A DNA stretch of 33,487 nucleotides from an uncultured Bacilli bacterium (lineage in GTDB: Bacteria > Bacillota_I > Bacilli_A > RF39 > UBA660): the NCBI GenBank assembly GCA_947625715.1, contig CANQPR010000002.1, forward strand, positions 1 through 33,487, read 5' to 3'. Every line of letters starts with the position of its first letter. Position 1 is the stretch's first letter. The notes below the pieces were generated by a model. That model ran no database searches, had not been told where the DNA came from, and was given only the letters and a program-made list of their open reading frames with translations. Below are positions 1 through 8,285 of the stretch, in pieces. Made by a program: the position numbers and the translations under genes.

Positions 1-74
1 AACTTATTATAATCTTAATAGTTATGTTATCAATGATAATGGAGTATATAAATTTATTATAATTTAATACTCTT

Positions 75-437
75 TTATTTTTTTCTATTAATACCAATCA
101 TTGAAGAAAAAATACTTGTTAATATTAAAACAACATAATAAATAATTCGTTCAAAACCAAGGCGACTATAACAAAATAAAGTATTAATTAAAATCAAAAA
201 GAAAATGAAACATATGCCAATTTTTAATCCTTCTAAATAACCATTTTTTAAAGCTTTCTTACCATATTGATACCCAATCAAACCAAAGATTATAATCATA
301 ATAACCATTGATAAATTATCAAGAATGGTGGTATTTAATAATCCCATTAAATTAAATAAAGAAAATAATAGCGAAATGACTAACAAACAAATTATTAAAA
401 AAAGTAACGATTTACCATATTTTTTTAAAATATTCAT
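75..437 (-). CDS. small polytopic membrane protein (possibly TIGR04086/YrzE-like)
   Basis: 120-aa ORF made almost entirely of hydrophobic helices. AGGTGAT Shine-Dalgarno lies just upstream of the ATG at 437. Family guess rests only on general resemblance. Confidence 0.55.
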   Translation of the reverse strand: MNILKKYGKSLLFLIICLLVISLLFSLFNLMGLLNTTILDNLSMVIMIIIFGLIGYQYGKKALKNGYLEGLKIGICFIFFLILINTLFCYSRLGFERIIYYVVLILTSIFSSMIGINRKK

Positions 438-509
438 AATATCACCTATAAAATAATATGGTAATGTTTAAAAAAATAGAATACTTACCATAATAAAGAT
501 GGTGATATT

Positions 510-1154
510 ATGCAAGAATTAATTCATATAGCAACAAGAACAATTATTTTTTATTTTTTCATTGTTTTTCTATATCGAATAATGGGAAAAAGAGAAATAG
601 CGCAATTAGGGGTTATTGATTTAATTATTTCTATTTTAATGGCTGAACTAGCGGCCATATCAATTGAGGATAGTAGTAAATCAATTTGGTTAACTATTAT
701 TCCTTTATCTTTATTAGGAATAGTTGAAATATCTTTAGCTTATTTATCCATTAAATCTCGTAAATTTCGTTCTTTCGTCAGTGGTAAAACATCACTAATT
801 ATATGCAAAGGAAAATTAAATTACCAAGAAATGGTTAAACAACGTTATAGCATGGATGATTTATTAATTAATCTACGCGGTCAAAATATTAAAAATATAT
901 TAGAAGTAGAGTATGCTTTTTTAGAACCAAATGGTAATTTATCTGTTTTTAAATATGATAGTAAAAATGAAAGTGAGTATCCTATGCCCCTTATACTAGA
1001 TGGTGAGATAAATAATAAAACTTTAGAAGTAATAGGTAAAAATGTTTCTTGGTTAAATAATGAATTACAACAAAAACAATTAAATATCAAAAGTATCTTT
1101 TATGCTTTTTATAAGCAAAAAAAAATATACATTATTACTAAAGAAGAAATATAA
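510..1154 (+). CDS. DUF421 (YetF/YrbG-like) membrane protein
   Basis: N-terminal TM helices with an RIMGKREIAQL...DLI motif typical of DUF421, plus a soluble C-terminal domain. GGTGAT RBS precedes the ATG. Confidence 0.7.
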   Translation: MQELIHIATRTIIFYFFIVFLYRIMGKREIAQLGVIDLIISILMAELAAISIEDSSKSIWLTIIPLSLLGIVEISLAYLSIKSRKFRSFVSGKTSLIICKGKLNYQEMVKQRYSMDDLLINLRGQNIKNILEVEYAFLEPNGNLSVFKYDSKNESEYPMPLILDGEINNKTLEVIGKNVSWLNNELQQKQLNIKSIFYAFYKQKKIYIITKEEI

Positions 1155-1203
1155 TTCGACAATTTTCTTTTCCTTTGCATGTTACACTTAAAAAGTGATT
1201 ATT

Positions 1204-1635
1204 ATGAAAAAGAAATTATTATCCCTTTTTATAGCTATTTTCCTAGGTGGGGCAATGGCCTATATTACTTATAAAAAATTTATGAGCTATGAAAATTTAA
1301 CAACTATTTATGCTTATCAAACTGGTATCTATAACAATTATTCTAATGCCCTAGCAAATGCTGAAAAACTAAATGGGTCTATCATTATTAATGATAATAA
1401 TCAATTTTTAGTTATCGCCGCAGTAGCACCATCAACTACTTCTAAAGAAAAAATTGAATACTTACTGCAAAATGAAAATATCGACTATTATCAAAAACAA
1501 TTAAGCCTTAAAACTAACTTAAAAAAAGATTTATCTTATTATGAACAAGCTCTTAACCAAACTAATGATTTAGACACCTTAAAACAATTAAATCAAAAAT
1601 TATTAGAAAAATTACAAGAAAGGATTACAAAATGA
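1204..1635 (+). CDS. membrane-anchored protein with SPOR-like domain
   Basis: N-terminal signal anchor (LLSLFIAIFLGGAMAYI). The YAYQTGIYNNYSNALANAEKL...FLVIAAVAPS pattern resembles a SPOR peptidoglycan-binding fold. ATG at 1204 is preferred over the GTG at 1195 used in the ORF track. The stop overlaps the radC start (ATGA). Confidence 0.5.
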   Translation: MKKKLLSLFIAIFLGGAMAYITYKKFMSYENLTTIYAYQTGIYNNYSNALANAEKLNGSIIINDNNQFLVIAAVAPSTTSKEKIEYLLQNENIDYYQKQLSLKTNLKKDLSYYEQALNQTNDLDTLKQLNQKLLEKLQERITK

Positions 1636-2333
1636 GTTATAAAATAAAAGATTTACCAACTGAAGAAAAACCTCGGGAAAAAGCTCAAAAAATAGGAATT
1701 GAAAACTTAACTACTTCAGAATTATTAGCTATTTTATTACGAACTGGTACCAAAGAGAAAAATGCCAAAGAATTAGCCATTGATATATTAAATCAAATGG
1801 AAAACTTAAAAGGTATTAAAAATAGTAAAATAAATCAATTAGCCAAAATAAAAGGCGTTGGACAAGTTAAAGCTATAACTTTATTAAGTGCTTTAGAACT
1901 TGGCTATCGACTTAATTTTCCTCCCTATAAAAATAAAATTAAAATTGATAAATCCGAGGATGTATATAATGAGTTTAAAAATTTATTTTATAATACGACC
2001 CAAGAAAAATTTTTAACCATTTTCTTAAATATTCGCCTAGAAGTAATTGACTATAAAATAATGTTTATTGGTTCTAGTAATCAAAGTATTGTGGAACCAA
2101 AAAGTGTTTTTAAAGAAGCTATATTATATGATGCTTCAAAAATAATTATTGTTCATAATCATCCTAGTGGTAATCCCATACCAAGCAAAGAAGACATTAG
2201 TTTAACTAAAAACTTTCAAAAAATAGGTTCCTTATTAGAAATACCTTTGATAGATCATTTAATCTTTGGTAAAGATACTTATTATAGTTTTTATGAATTT
2301 TTAAGAAAGGAGAAGAGTAATGTTCAAAAATAA
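1632..2333 (+). CDS. radC: RadC-family JAB/MPN domain protein (YsxA-like)
   Basis: HhH region (LLAILLRTGTK...IKGVGQVKA) and JAMM motif HNHPSGNPIPSKEDISLT. Positioned directly upstream of mreC, as in Bacillus. Confidence 0.85.
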   Translation: MSYKIKDLPTEEKPREKAQKIGIENLTTSELLAILLRTGTKEKNAKELAIDILNQMENLKGIKNSKINQLAKIKGVGQVKAITLLSALELGYRLNFPPYKNKIKIDKSEDVYNEFKNLFYNTTQEKFLTIFLNIRLEVIDYKIMFIGSSNQSIVEPKSVFKEAILYDASKIIIVHNHPSGNPIPSKEDISLTKNFQKIGSLLEIPLIDHLIFGKDTYYSFYEFLRKEKSNVQK

Positions 2334-2958
2334 ATCTTGGTTATTTATATTAGTCGCTATTATATGTTTATATTTATCAAAAGATTTAATCGCATCCTTT
2401 TTAATTAATAAAGACAGTAATTTAAATACTAAGGCTCTTATAAATACCGAATATGAAAATTTAAAAAAAGAATACGAACAATTAATTGATTTTAAAAATA
2501 TAAACGAAGAGGGAACTATTAGTAAAGTAATACTTAGAGACCCTTTAGTTTTTTTTAATACAATGACCATTTTAAAAGGTAAAGATACCATTGAAAAAGA
2601 AAGTGCTGTATACAATAATGATGGTTTAATTGGAATTGTATCTGATGTTTTTGATAATTACTCAACAGTCAAATTACTTTATAATCAAGATGTTAAAATA
2701 TCAGTTAAAATTGGTAATGTCTATGGCATATTAGAATGTAATAATAACGAATTAAAAATTAAAAACATAACTAGTAAAGAAAAAATTGATTTAGATACAT
2801 TAGTTGTAACCAGTGATTATGGTCAATTACCGGAAAATATTCCGATTGGAACCATTAGTCAAATAAAAGAAGAAAACAATTTTTTAAGTCTTGAATTAAC
2901 AGTTACTCCCATCGTAGATTTTAAAAATATTAACTATGTTTATGTAAGGAAGCGATAA
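2320..2958 (+). CDS. mreC: rod shape-determining protein MreC
   Basis: N-terminal TM helix, coiled-coil stretch and beta-rich C-terminal domain (GLIGIVSDV...STVKLL...VVTSD...PIGTI). AGGAGAAG RBS. Synteny with radC and mreD. Confidence 0.8.
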   Translation: MFKNKSWLFILVAIICLYLSKDLIASFLINKDSNLNTKALINTEYENLKKEYEQLIDFKNINEEGTISKVILRDPLVFFNTMTILKGKDTIEKESAVYNNDGLIGIVSDVFDNYSTVKLLYNQDVKISVKIGNVYGILECNNNELKIKNITSKEKIDLDTLVVTSDYGQLPENIPIGTISQIKEENNFLSLELTVTPIVDFKNINYVYVRKR

Positions 2959-2960
2959 AA

Positions 2961-3320
2961 ATGCCATATTTTAATTTTTTGTATGCTAATTTTTTTACTG
3001 ATATAAAAAAAGAAGAATTAAAATACATTCTCTTTTTTGGCCTTTTTTTTGATATCTTTTTATACCACTTACCATTAATAAATACTATTTTATTTATTAT
3101 CTTATATATTATTAATCGCAAAGCAAAGTGTAGTAATAATATTATTATTTATATTATTAAAAGTTTATTTAATCTTCTTTTTATCTTTTTATTTTATAGT
3201 TTAATTACTAGTAATTTTTCTTTATTAATCACTTTATGGCCTAGCTATCTTATAAATATTATAACGTCTTGTTTCTTTTATAAATTTAAAAAGAAAACCT
3301 TTGAATTTCGAAAATCATAA
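2961..3320 (+). CDS. mreD: rod shape-determining protein MreD-like membrane protein
   Basis: Small, very hydrophobic ORF immediately after mreC with an AGGAAG RBS. Assignment is mainly positional. Confidence 0.55.
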   Translation: MPYFNFLYANFFTDIKKEELKYILFFGLFFDIFLYHLPLINTILFIILYIINRKAKCSNNIIIYIIKSLFNLLFIFLFYSLITSNFSLLITLWPSYLINIITSCFFYKFKKKTFEFRKS

Positions 3321-3361
3321 TTTTTGTTCTTTTTTCATACACATTATTAGGGTGAATAAAT

Positions 3362-3985
3362 ATGGATGAATTAATAAATATAAAACGACGTCATAAAAAC
3401 CGGATGTATACAGAAATTGATAACACTAAACAAAATAATAACTGGTTAAGCAAAACTTTTTCTAAAATACTTTTAAGTATTATTTTAATATTAAGCTGTG
3501 CCATTTTTATTCATATTGATAGTAAAAATAAAGATTGGTTTTATCAAAATGTTTTTTTAAATAATATGACTTTTGCTAAAATAAATGATTGGTATAATAA
3601 AAACTTTGGGAATATTTTTCCTAGTGCAAATCTTAATTATGAAGAAAGTGTTAGTAGTGAAAACACAAGTTTAGCGCAAATACAAGATTACTTAGACGGC
3701 TATAAAATAAGTAAAACTAAAAATAGTCCTATTGAAGCTTTAGCTAGTGGTATTATTGTTTATTTAGATGAAAAAGAAGGCTATGGCAAAACAGCTATTA
3801 TTCAAGGAATTGATGGAATAGATATTTGGTATGGAAATATAACTGATGTAAATGTTAATTTATATGATTATGTTGAAAAAGGAACTATCCTTGGTAATTG
3901 TCTAGATAATTATTATTATAATGTCTTTTATAAAGAGGGGAATAAAGTAAGTTATGAAGATTATCTTAACCAAAATAAAAGTTAA
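3362..3985 (+). CDS. spoIVFA: SpoIVFA-like protein with degenerate M23/LytM domain
   Basis: Single TM helix followed by a LytM-like fold (GIIVYLDEKEGYGKTAIIQG...WYGNI...VEKGTILG). The catalytic His residues are replaced, as in SpoIVFA. Lies directly upstream of and overlapping the M50 protease gene. Confidence 0.6.
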   Translation: MDELINIKRRHKNRMYTEIDNTKQNNNWLSKTFSKILLSIILILSCAIFIHIDSKNKDWFYQNVFLNNMTFAKINDWYNKNFGNIFPSANLNYEESVSSENTSLAQIQDYLDGYKISKTKNSPIEALASGIIVYLDEKEGYGKTAIIQGIDGIDIWYGNITDVNVNLYDYVEKGTILGNCLDNYYYNVFYKEGNKVSYEDYLNQNKS

Positions 3986-4721
3986 TTATTTAACTTATCT
4001 TTTTTTCTTACTTTCTTTTTTATGTGGTTATTTTAAACCCTTATTTTTTGCCTTTTTCATTGTTTTTATTCATGAAATGGGTCATGTATTAATTATTAAA
4101 CTTTTAAAATATAAAATTAAAAAAATTGAATTTTATCCCTTTGGGGGTATTACCAAAATAAGTAAACCACTTAATTCTTCCATAAATCATGAATTATTAA
4201 TTAGTATTGGGGGAATTACAAGTCAAATTATTTTAGCCGGTATACTATATTATCTTCATCATTTAGGCTATATAAGTAATTATAACTACAACTTACTTAT
4301 AACATATAATAGTGTTATCATTATCTTTAATCTTTTACCTATATATCCTTTAGATGGTTTAAAAATAATAACAGCCATATTAGAAAAATTTTTCCCCTAT
4401 ATAAAATGTTTAAAATTAACTTGTCTGATTAGTTTTCTTACTTATATTATTTTCCTTATTTATAATATTATTTTCTCTTATAAAAATTATTTGATGTGTC
4501 TTTTTTTATTGTTTCAATTTTTAACTCTTTTAAAACAGCAAAAATATTTAAGACAAAGATTTTTATTAGAAAGATATTTACATCAATACCCTTATAAAAA
4601 AATTAATAATGAACAGGTTTTAAATATTGAATTATTAAAAAAAAATACTCTTCATTTTTTTAAATATAAAAATCGTTTTTTTCATGAGAAAGCTTTATTA
4701 AAACAGTACTTTAAAGATTGA
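3954..4721 (+). CDS. spoIVFB: site-2 (M50) intramembrane metalloprotease, SpoIVFB-like
   Basis: HEMGH zinc motif inside a TM helix, downstream LPIYPLDG motif, polytopic. Synteny spoIVFA-spoIVFB-rplU. Confidence 0.75.
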   Translation: MKIILTKIKVNYLTYLFFLLSFLCGYFKPLFFAFFIVFIHEMGHVLIIKLLKYKIKKIEFYPFGGITKISKPLNSSINHELLISIGGITSQIILAGILYYLHHLGYISNYNYNLLITYNSVIIIFNLLPIYPLDGLKIITAILEKFFPYIKCLKLTCLISFLTYIIFLIYNIIFSYKNYLMCLFLLFQFLTLLKQQKYLRQRFLLERYLHQYPYKKINNEQVLNIELLKKNTLHFFKYKNRFFHEKALLKQYFKD

Positions 4722-4746
4722 CAAACATACACTTATTTGGTAGAAT
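4718..4746 (+). promoter_or_regulatory. sigma-A type promoter of the rplU-prp-rpmA operon
   Basis: TTGACA (4718-4723), 17-nt spacer, TAGAAT (4741-4746), preceded by TG at 4738-4739 (extended -10). Confidence 0.6.
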
Positions 4747-4852
4747 TTATTATGTTTTATAAACATTAGCTTTTATAAAACCGCACGAAAAAGGTTTTAA
4801 ACTATTTATTAGTACCTTCAAGGCGCGTCTTAAAAATTAAAGGAGGTAAGAA
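4747..4852 (+). promoter_or_regulatory. structured 5' leader of rplU (possible L21 ribosomal-protein leader)
   Basis: A perfect 10-bp hairpin GTTTTATAAA (4754-4763) / TTTATAAAAC (4772-4781). Its 3' arm can alternatively pair as AAAACC with GGTTTT (4792-4797). Same position as the L21 leader of Bacillus. Covariance model not checkable here. Confidence 0.4.
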
Positions 4853-5152
4853 ATGAAAGCTATATTTGTAACTGGCGGTAAACAATATTATGTAACAGAA
4901 GGAGACGTTATATATGTTGAAAAACTTCAAGGTGAACCTCATAGTGAAATTACATTTGATGAAGTTTTATATGTTGATGGTAAAGCCGGTAATCCAACTG
5001 TAAAAAATGCCAAAGTTATTTGCGAAGTTGAAAAACATGGAAAACAAAAGAAAATTATTGTTTTTAAATATCGTCCAAAGAAAAAATATCGTAAAAAACA
5101 AGGTCATAGACAACCATATACAAAATTAGTTGTTAAGAAAATTGTGAAATAA
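4853..5152 (+). CDS. rplU: 50S ribosomal protein L21
   Basis: [12 protein letters not shown]...[11 protein letters not shown] is a clear L21 signature. AAAGGAGG RBS. Confidence 0.95.
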   Translation: MKAIFVTGGKQYYVTEGDVIYVEKLQGEPHSEITFDEVLYVDGKAGNPTVKNAKVICEVEKHGKQKKIIVFKYRPKKKYRKKQGHRQPYTKLVVKKIVK

Positions 5153-5469
5153 TGATTAAAATAAATATTATTAAAAAAAATGATGAAATAAAAGAAATTA
5201 CTTTTACAGGACATGCTTTATATGCTGATTATGGTAAAGACATTGTCTGTGCTGGAGTATCAAGTATATTAATTACAACTGTTAATGCTATCTTAAAATA
5301 TAATGATAAAGCATTAAAATATGATATGAAACCCAATGTAAAAGTACAAGTTCTTATAAATGACAAAATAGTTAATATTTTATTAAATAACATGTCTGAT
5401 TTATTAAAACAATTAGCTAATCAATATCAAAAAAATATTATAATTAGAGAGGGTGAAACTAATGAATAA
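5152..5469 (+). CDS. prp: ribosomal-processing cysteine protease Prp (YsxB)
   Basis: [23 protein letters not shown] contains the conserved His and Cys. Located between rplU and rpmA. TAATG overlap with rplU. Confidence 0.85.
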   Translation: MIKINIIKKNDEIKEITFTGHALYADYGKDIVCAGVSSILITTVNAILKYNDKALKYDMKPNVKVQVLINDKIVNILLNNMSDLLKQLANQYQKNIIIREGETNE

Positions 5470-5749
5470 AATGATGTTTTTAAATCTTCAATTATTTGCC
5501 CATAAAAAAGCTCAAACTTCTACTCAAAACGGTCGTGACTCTATTGGTCGAAGATTAGGAGCTAAAGCTAGTGATGGACAAAATGTATCTGCTGGAAGTA
5601 TTTTATATCGCCAAAGAGGAACAAAAATTTATCCAGGAACTAATGTTGGTATGGGAAAAGATCATACTTTATTTGCTAAAATTTCTGGAATTGTTCGTTA
5701 TGAAAGACTTGGAAGAGATAAAAAGAAAGTAAGCGTTTACGAAGCATAA
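5462..5749 (+). CDS. rpmA: 50S ribosomal protein L27 with N-terminal propeptide
   Basis: ...[22 protein letters not shown]...[13 protein letters not shown] is a clear L27 signature. The start is ambiguous: ATG at 5462, 5471 or 5474, or the GTG at 5453 used in the ORF track. Confidence 0.95.
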   Translation: MNKMMFLNLQLFAHKKAQTSTQNGRDSIGRRLGAKASDGQNVSAGSILYRQRGTKIYPGTNVGMGKDHTLFAKISGIVRYERLGRDKKKVSVYEA

Positions 5750-5751
5750 TT

Positions 5752-5786
5752 AAAAGTACAATTACTATTAAACATTGTACTTTTTT
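5752..5786 (+). terminator. rho-independent terminator after rpmA
   Basis: 11-bp stem AAAAGTACAAT (5752-5762) / ATTGTACTTTT (5774-5784) running into a T-tract. Confidence 0.7.
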
Positions 5787-5857
5787 CATGCCAAAAAACA
5801 TTGACACGAGGGGAGGGTATTAATGTAAAATAAATACTAAGAATAGGGTTGGTATTT

Positions 5858-6808
5858 ATGAAATTAAGTCAATTTAAAGATAAAAAGGATAGTAAGAAAG
5901 TAATAATAATATTAATAGCTATCGGTTTATTAATTGGTGGAATAATATTAGGTAGCTCATTTGCAAGCTTCAAAGAAAATAAAAGTTTTAAAGTGATGGA
6001 AGGAAATTTTATTTACGAAGGAAGTGGCGATATAATATTTGCTTTTTATCAAAATGATGAAGAAGTTGGAACCATGCCTAGCAAAGATAGTGATTATGTT
6101 TTTAATGCAAACGACAGCTTTTGTGATAATGGAGCCACAATAAATTGGGATGCAAATGAATGGGACCCTAACATTAGAAATTTAACTACAACAAAAACTA
6201 AATGCAATTTATACTTTTCATATAATGGAACATTAAATACAATAAGAACAATTTCTTCAACTGATACAAAAGGAATGTGGGGATATAAAGATAAAATAAC
6301 AAAAATAGTAATAGAAGCAAATAAAAGTAAAAAAACAGGAAGTGAAGGACAAGTAGTACATGGCCCATTTGATGAAAGCGAAAAAAAAGATAGTAGTATA
6401 GAAAGTTATGTTGTATGTGATACAGGAGATACCAATTGTACCGGTTATTTACAAGGAGAAGGAGGAATAAAATTAAATAGTGATAGTTCAAATTTATTTA
6501 AAAGTTTTGCAAAAGTAACTCAAATAGAAAAAATTAAAAATCTAGATACTCGTGGTGTAACAACTATGGAAGATATGTTTTATTACATGAGTAATCTCCA
6601 AGAATTAGATTTAAGTAGTTTTAATACAAGTAGTGTAACAGATATGGGTTATATGTTTGACGGGGCAAGTAAATTAACGAAAATTACATATGGTTCAAAT
6701 TTTATTCATAAAGATGGAGCTAAAACAACAAATATGTTTAGAGATTGTCCCGCAAACAAACCAGATAAAAATGTTCATTCATCATGGAATGGTGTATCTT
6801 TTAATTAG
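5858..6808 (+). CDS. DUF285/BspA-like leucine-rich-repeat surface protein with N-terminal membrane anchor
   Basis: The C-terminal repeats TTMEDMFYYMSNLQELDLSSFNTSSVTDMGYMFDGASKLTKI match the Mycoplasma/Firmicute DUF285 (26-residue surface repeat) pattern. N-terminal KKVIIILIAIGLLIGGIILG anchor. ATG at 5858 preferred over the TTG at 5849. Confidence 0.7.
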   Translation: MKLSQFKDKKDSKKVIIILIAIGLLIGGIILGSSFASFKENKSFKVMEGNFIYEGSGDIIFAFYQNDEEVGTMPSKDSDYVFNANDSFCDNGATINWDANEWDPNIRNLTTTKTKCNLYFSYNGTLNTIRTISSTDTKGMWGYKDKITKIVIEANKSKKTGSEGQVVHGPFDESEKKDSSIESYVVCDTGDTNCTGYLQGEGGIKLNSDSSNLFKSFAKVTQIEKIKNLDTRGVTTMEDMFYYMSNLQELDLSSFNTSSVTDMGYMFDGASKLTKITYGSNFIHKDGAKTTNMFRDCPANKPDKNVHSSWNGVSFN

Positions 6809-6831
6809 AATAGTTAAGCTATTCTTTTTTA
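6807..6831 (+). terminator. rho-independent terminator after the DUF285 gene
   Basis: AGAATAG (6807-6813), loop TTAAG, CTATTCT (6819-6825), then TTTTT. Confidence 0.65.
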
Positions 6832-6920
6832 GTATTTTCATAAAAATAAATATGTAATAAATTTTACAACAATATCTTACAAAGAAGAACTTAAAATAAC
6901 TTTTTTAACTTGGCCTCTTA

Positions 6921-6929
6921 TGTTATAAT
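6921..6929 (+). promoter_or_regulatory. extended -10 promoter element upstream of obg
   Basis: TGTTATAAT lies 26 nt upstream of the obg ATG. No good -35 hexamer. Confidence 0.4.
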
Positions 6930-6954
6930 TTATACATAAAAAGGAGGCTTTTTT

Positions 6955-8232
6955 ATGTTTCAAGATGAAGTTAAACTTAAACTTATTGCCGGTAAAGGGG
7001 GCGATGGGTGTACATCATTTCGAAGAGAAAAATATATACCTATGGGAGGACCAGATGGCGGTAGTGGTGGCAAAGGTGGTGACATCATCTTCGTTGCAGA
7101 AAAAGGTCTCAAAACCCTTGTTGATTTAAAATATCATAAAATTATCAAAGCTATGAAAGGGGAAAATGGCAAAGGTAAAAATAAAACTGGGGCCAAAGCT
7201 GAAAATATCTATGTTAAAGTCCCTCTTGGCACGACTATCTTTGATTGTGATACTAATTTAGTATTAGCGGATTTAACCAAAGACAAAGAAGAAGTTTTAA
7301 TAGCCCATGGAGGAAGAGGGGGAAGAGGAAACACTGCTTTTGCTACTCATGAAAAACCTGCTCCAACTTTTTCTGAATTAGGCGAACCAGGGGAAATTAG
7401 ATATATAAAATGTGAATTAAAGGTCCTAGCAGATGTTGGCCTAGTTGGCATGCCTAGTGTTGGAAAATCATCAATTTTAAACGCTGTTAGTGATGCCAAA
7501 GCCAAAATTGGAGCTTATCATTTTACCACCCTAAATCCTAATTTAGGGGTTGTAAGCCTAAAAGATAATAGTACTTTTGTATTAGCTGATTTACCAGGAA
7601 TGATAAAAGGAGCATCTAAAGGAATTGGCCTAGGTGATAAATTTTTAAAACATGCTAGTAGAACTCGCATTTTAGCCCATGTAATTGACATGTCTGGCCT
7701 AGAAGAAAGAAATCCTGTTGAAGACTATGAGACAATTCGAAATGAAATCAAGGCCTATAGTAATTCATTAGCTAATAAAAAAGAAATTATCATTGCAAAT
7801 AAAATGGATATACCTGGGGCGAAAGAAAACTTAGAAAAATTTACTTCCCGCTATCCAGATAAAGAAATAATTCCAATATCCGCTATTCAAAAAAAAGGCT
7901 TAGATAAACTTATGTTAAAATTAAAACAAACACTAGATGAAATAGAAACCGAAAATCTTTATAATGAAGATGATTATGAACAAACCATAATTTATCGTTT
8001 TAAAAAAGAAAAACCATATACCATTACTAAGGAAGATGATATTTGGGTTATAAAAGGAAAAGACATTGAAAAATTATTTGCTATGACCAGATTTGATGAA
8101 GAAGAAGCAGTTATTAGATTTGCAAGAAAATTAAAAGGAATGGGTATAGATGAAGAATTAGAAAAATTAGGGGCCCAAAATGGTGATGAAGTACAAATAA
8201 ATGATTATATTTTTGAGTGGAAAAATAATTAA
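6955..8232 (+). CDS. obg: GTPase Obg/CgtA
   Basis: Glycine-rich Obg fold (GGDGCTSFRREKY...GGPDGGSGGKGGD), G1 motif GMPSVGKSS, DLPG, NKMD, and a C-terminal OCT domain. AAGGAGG RBS. Confidence 0.95.
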   Translation: MFQDEVKLKLIAGKGGDGCTSFRREKYIPMGGPDGGSGGKGGDIIFVAEKGLKTLVDLKYHKIIKAMKGENGKGKNKTGAKAENIYVKVPLGTTIFDCDTNLVLADLTKDKEEVLIAHGGRGGRGNTAFATHEKPAPTFSELGEPGEIRYIKCELKVLADVGLVGMPSVGKSSILNAVSDAKAKIGAYHFTTLNPNLGVVSLKDNSTFVLADLPGMIKGASKGIGLGDKFLKHASRTRILAHVIDMSGLEERNPVEDYETIRNEIKAYSNSLANKKEIIIANKMDIPGAKENLEKFTSRYPDKEIIPISAIQKKGLDKLMLKLKQTLDEIETENLYNEDDYEQTIIYRFKKEKPYTITKEDDIWVIKGKDIEKLFAMTRFDEEEAVIRFARKLKGMGIDEELEKLGAQNGDEVQINDYIFEWKNN

Positions 8233-8285
8233 TGACTTTTAATCAAAATTTTGTTACAATTTAATTAGGAATAGGGTGTGATTAG

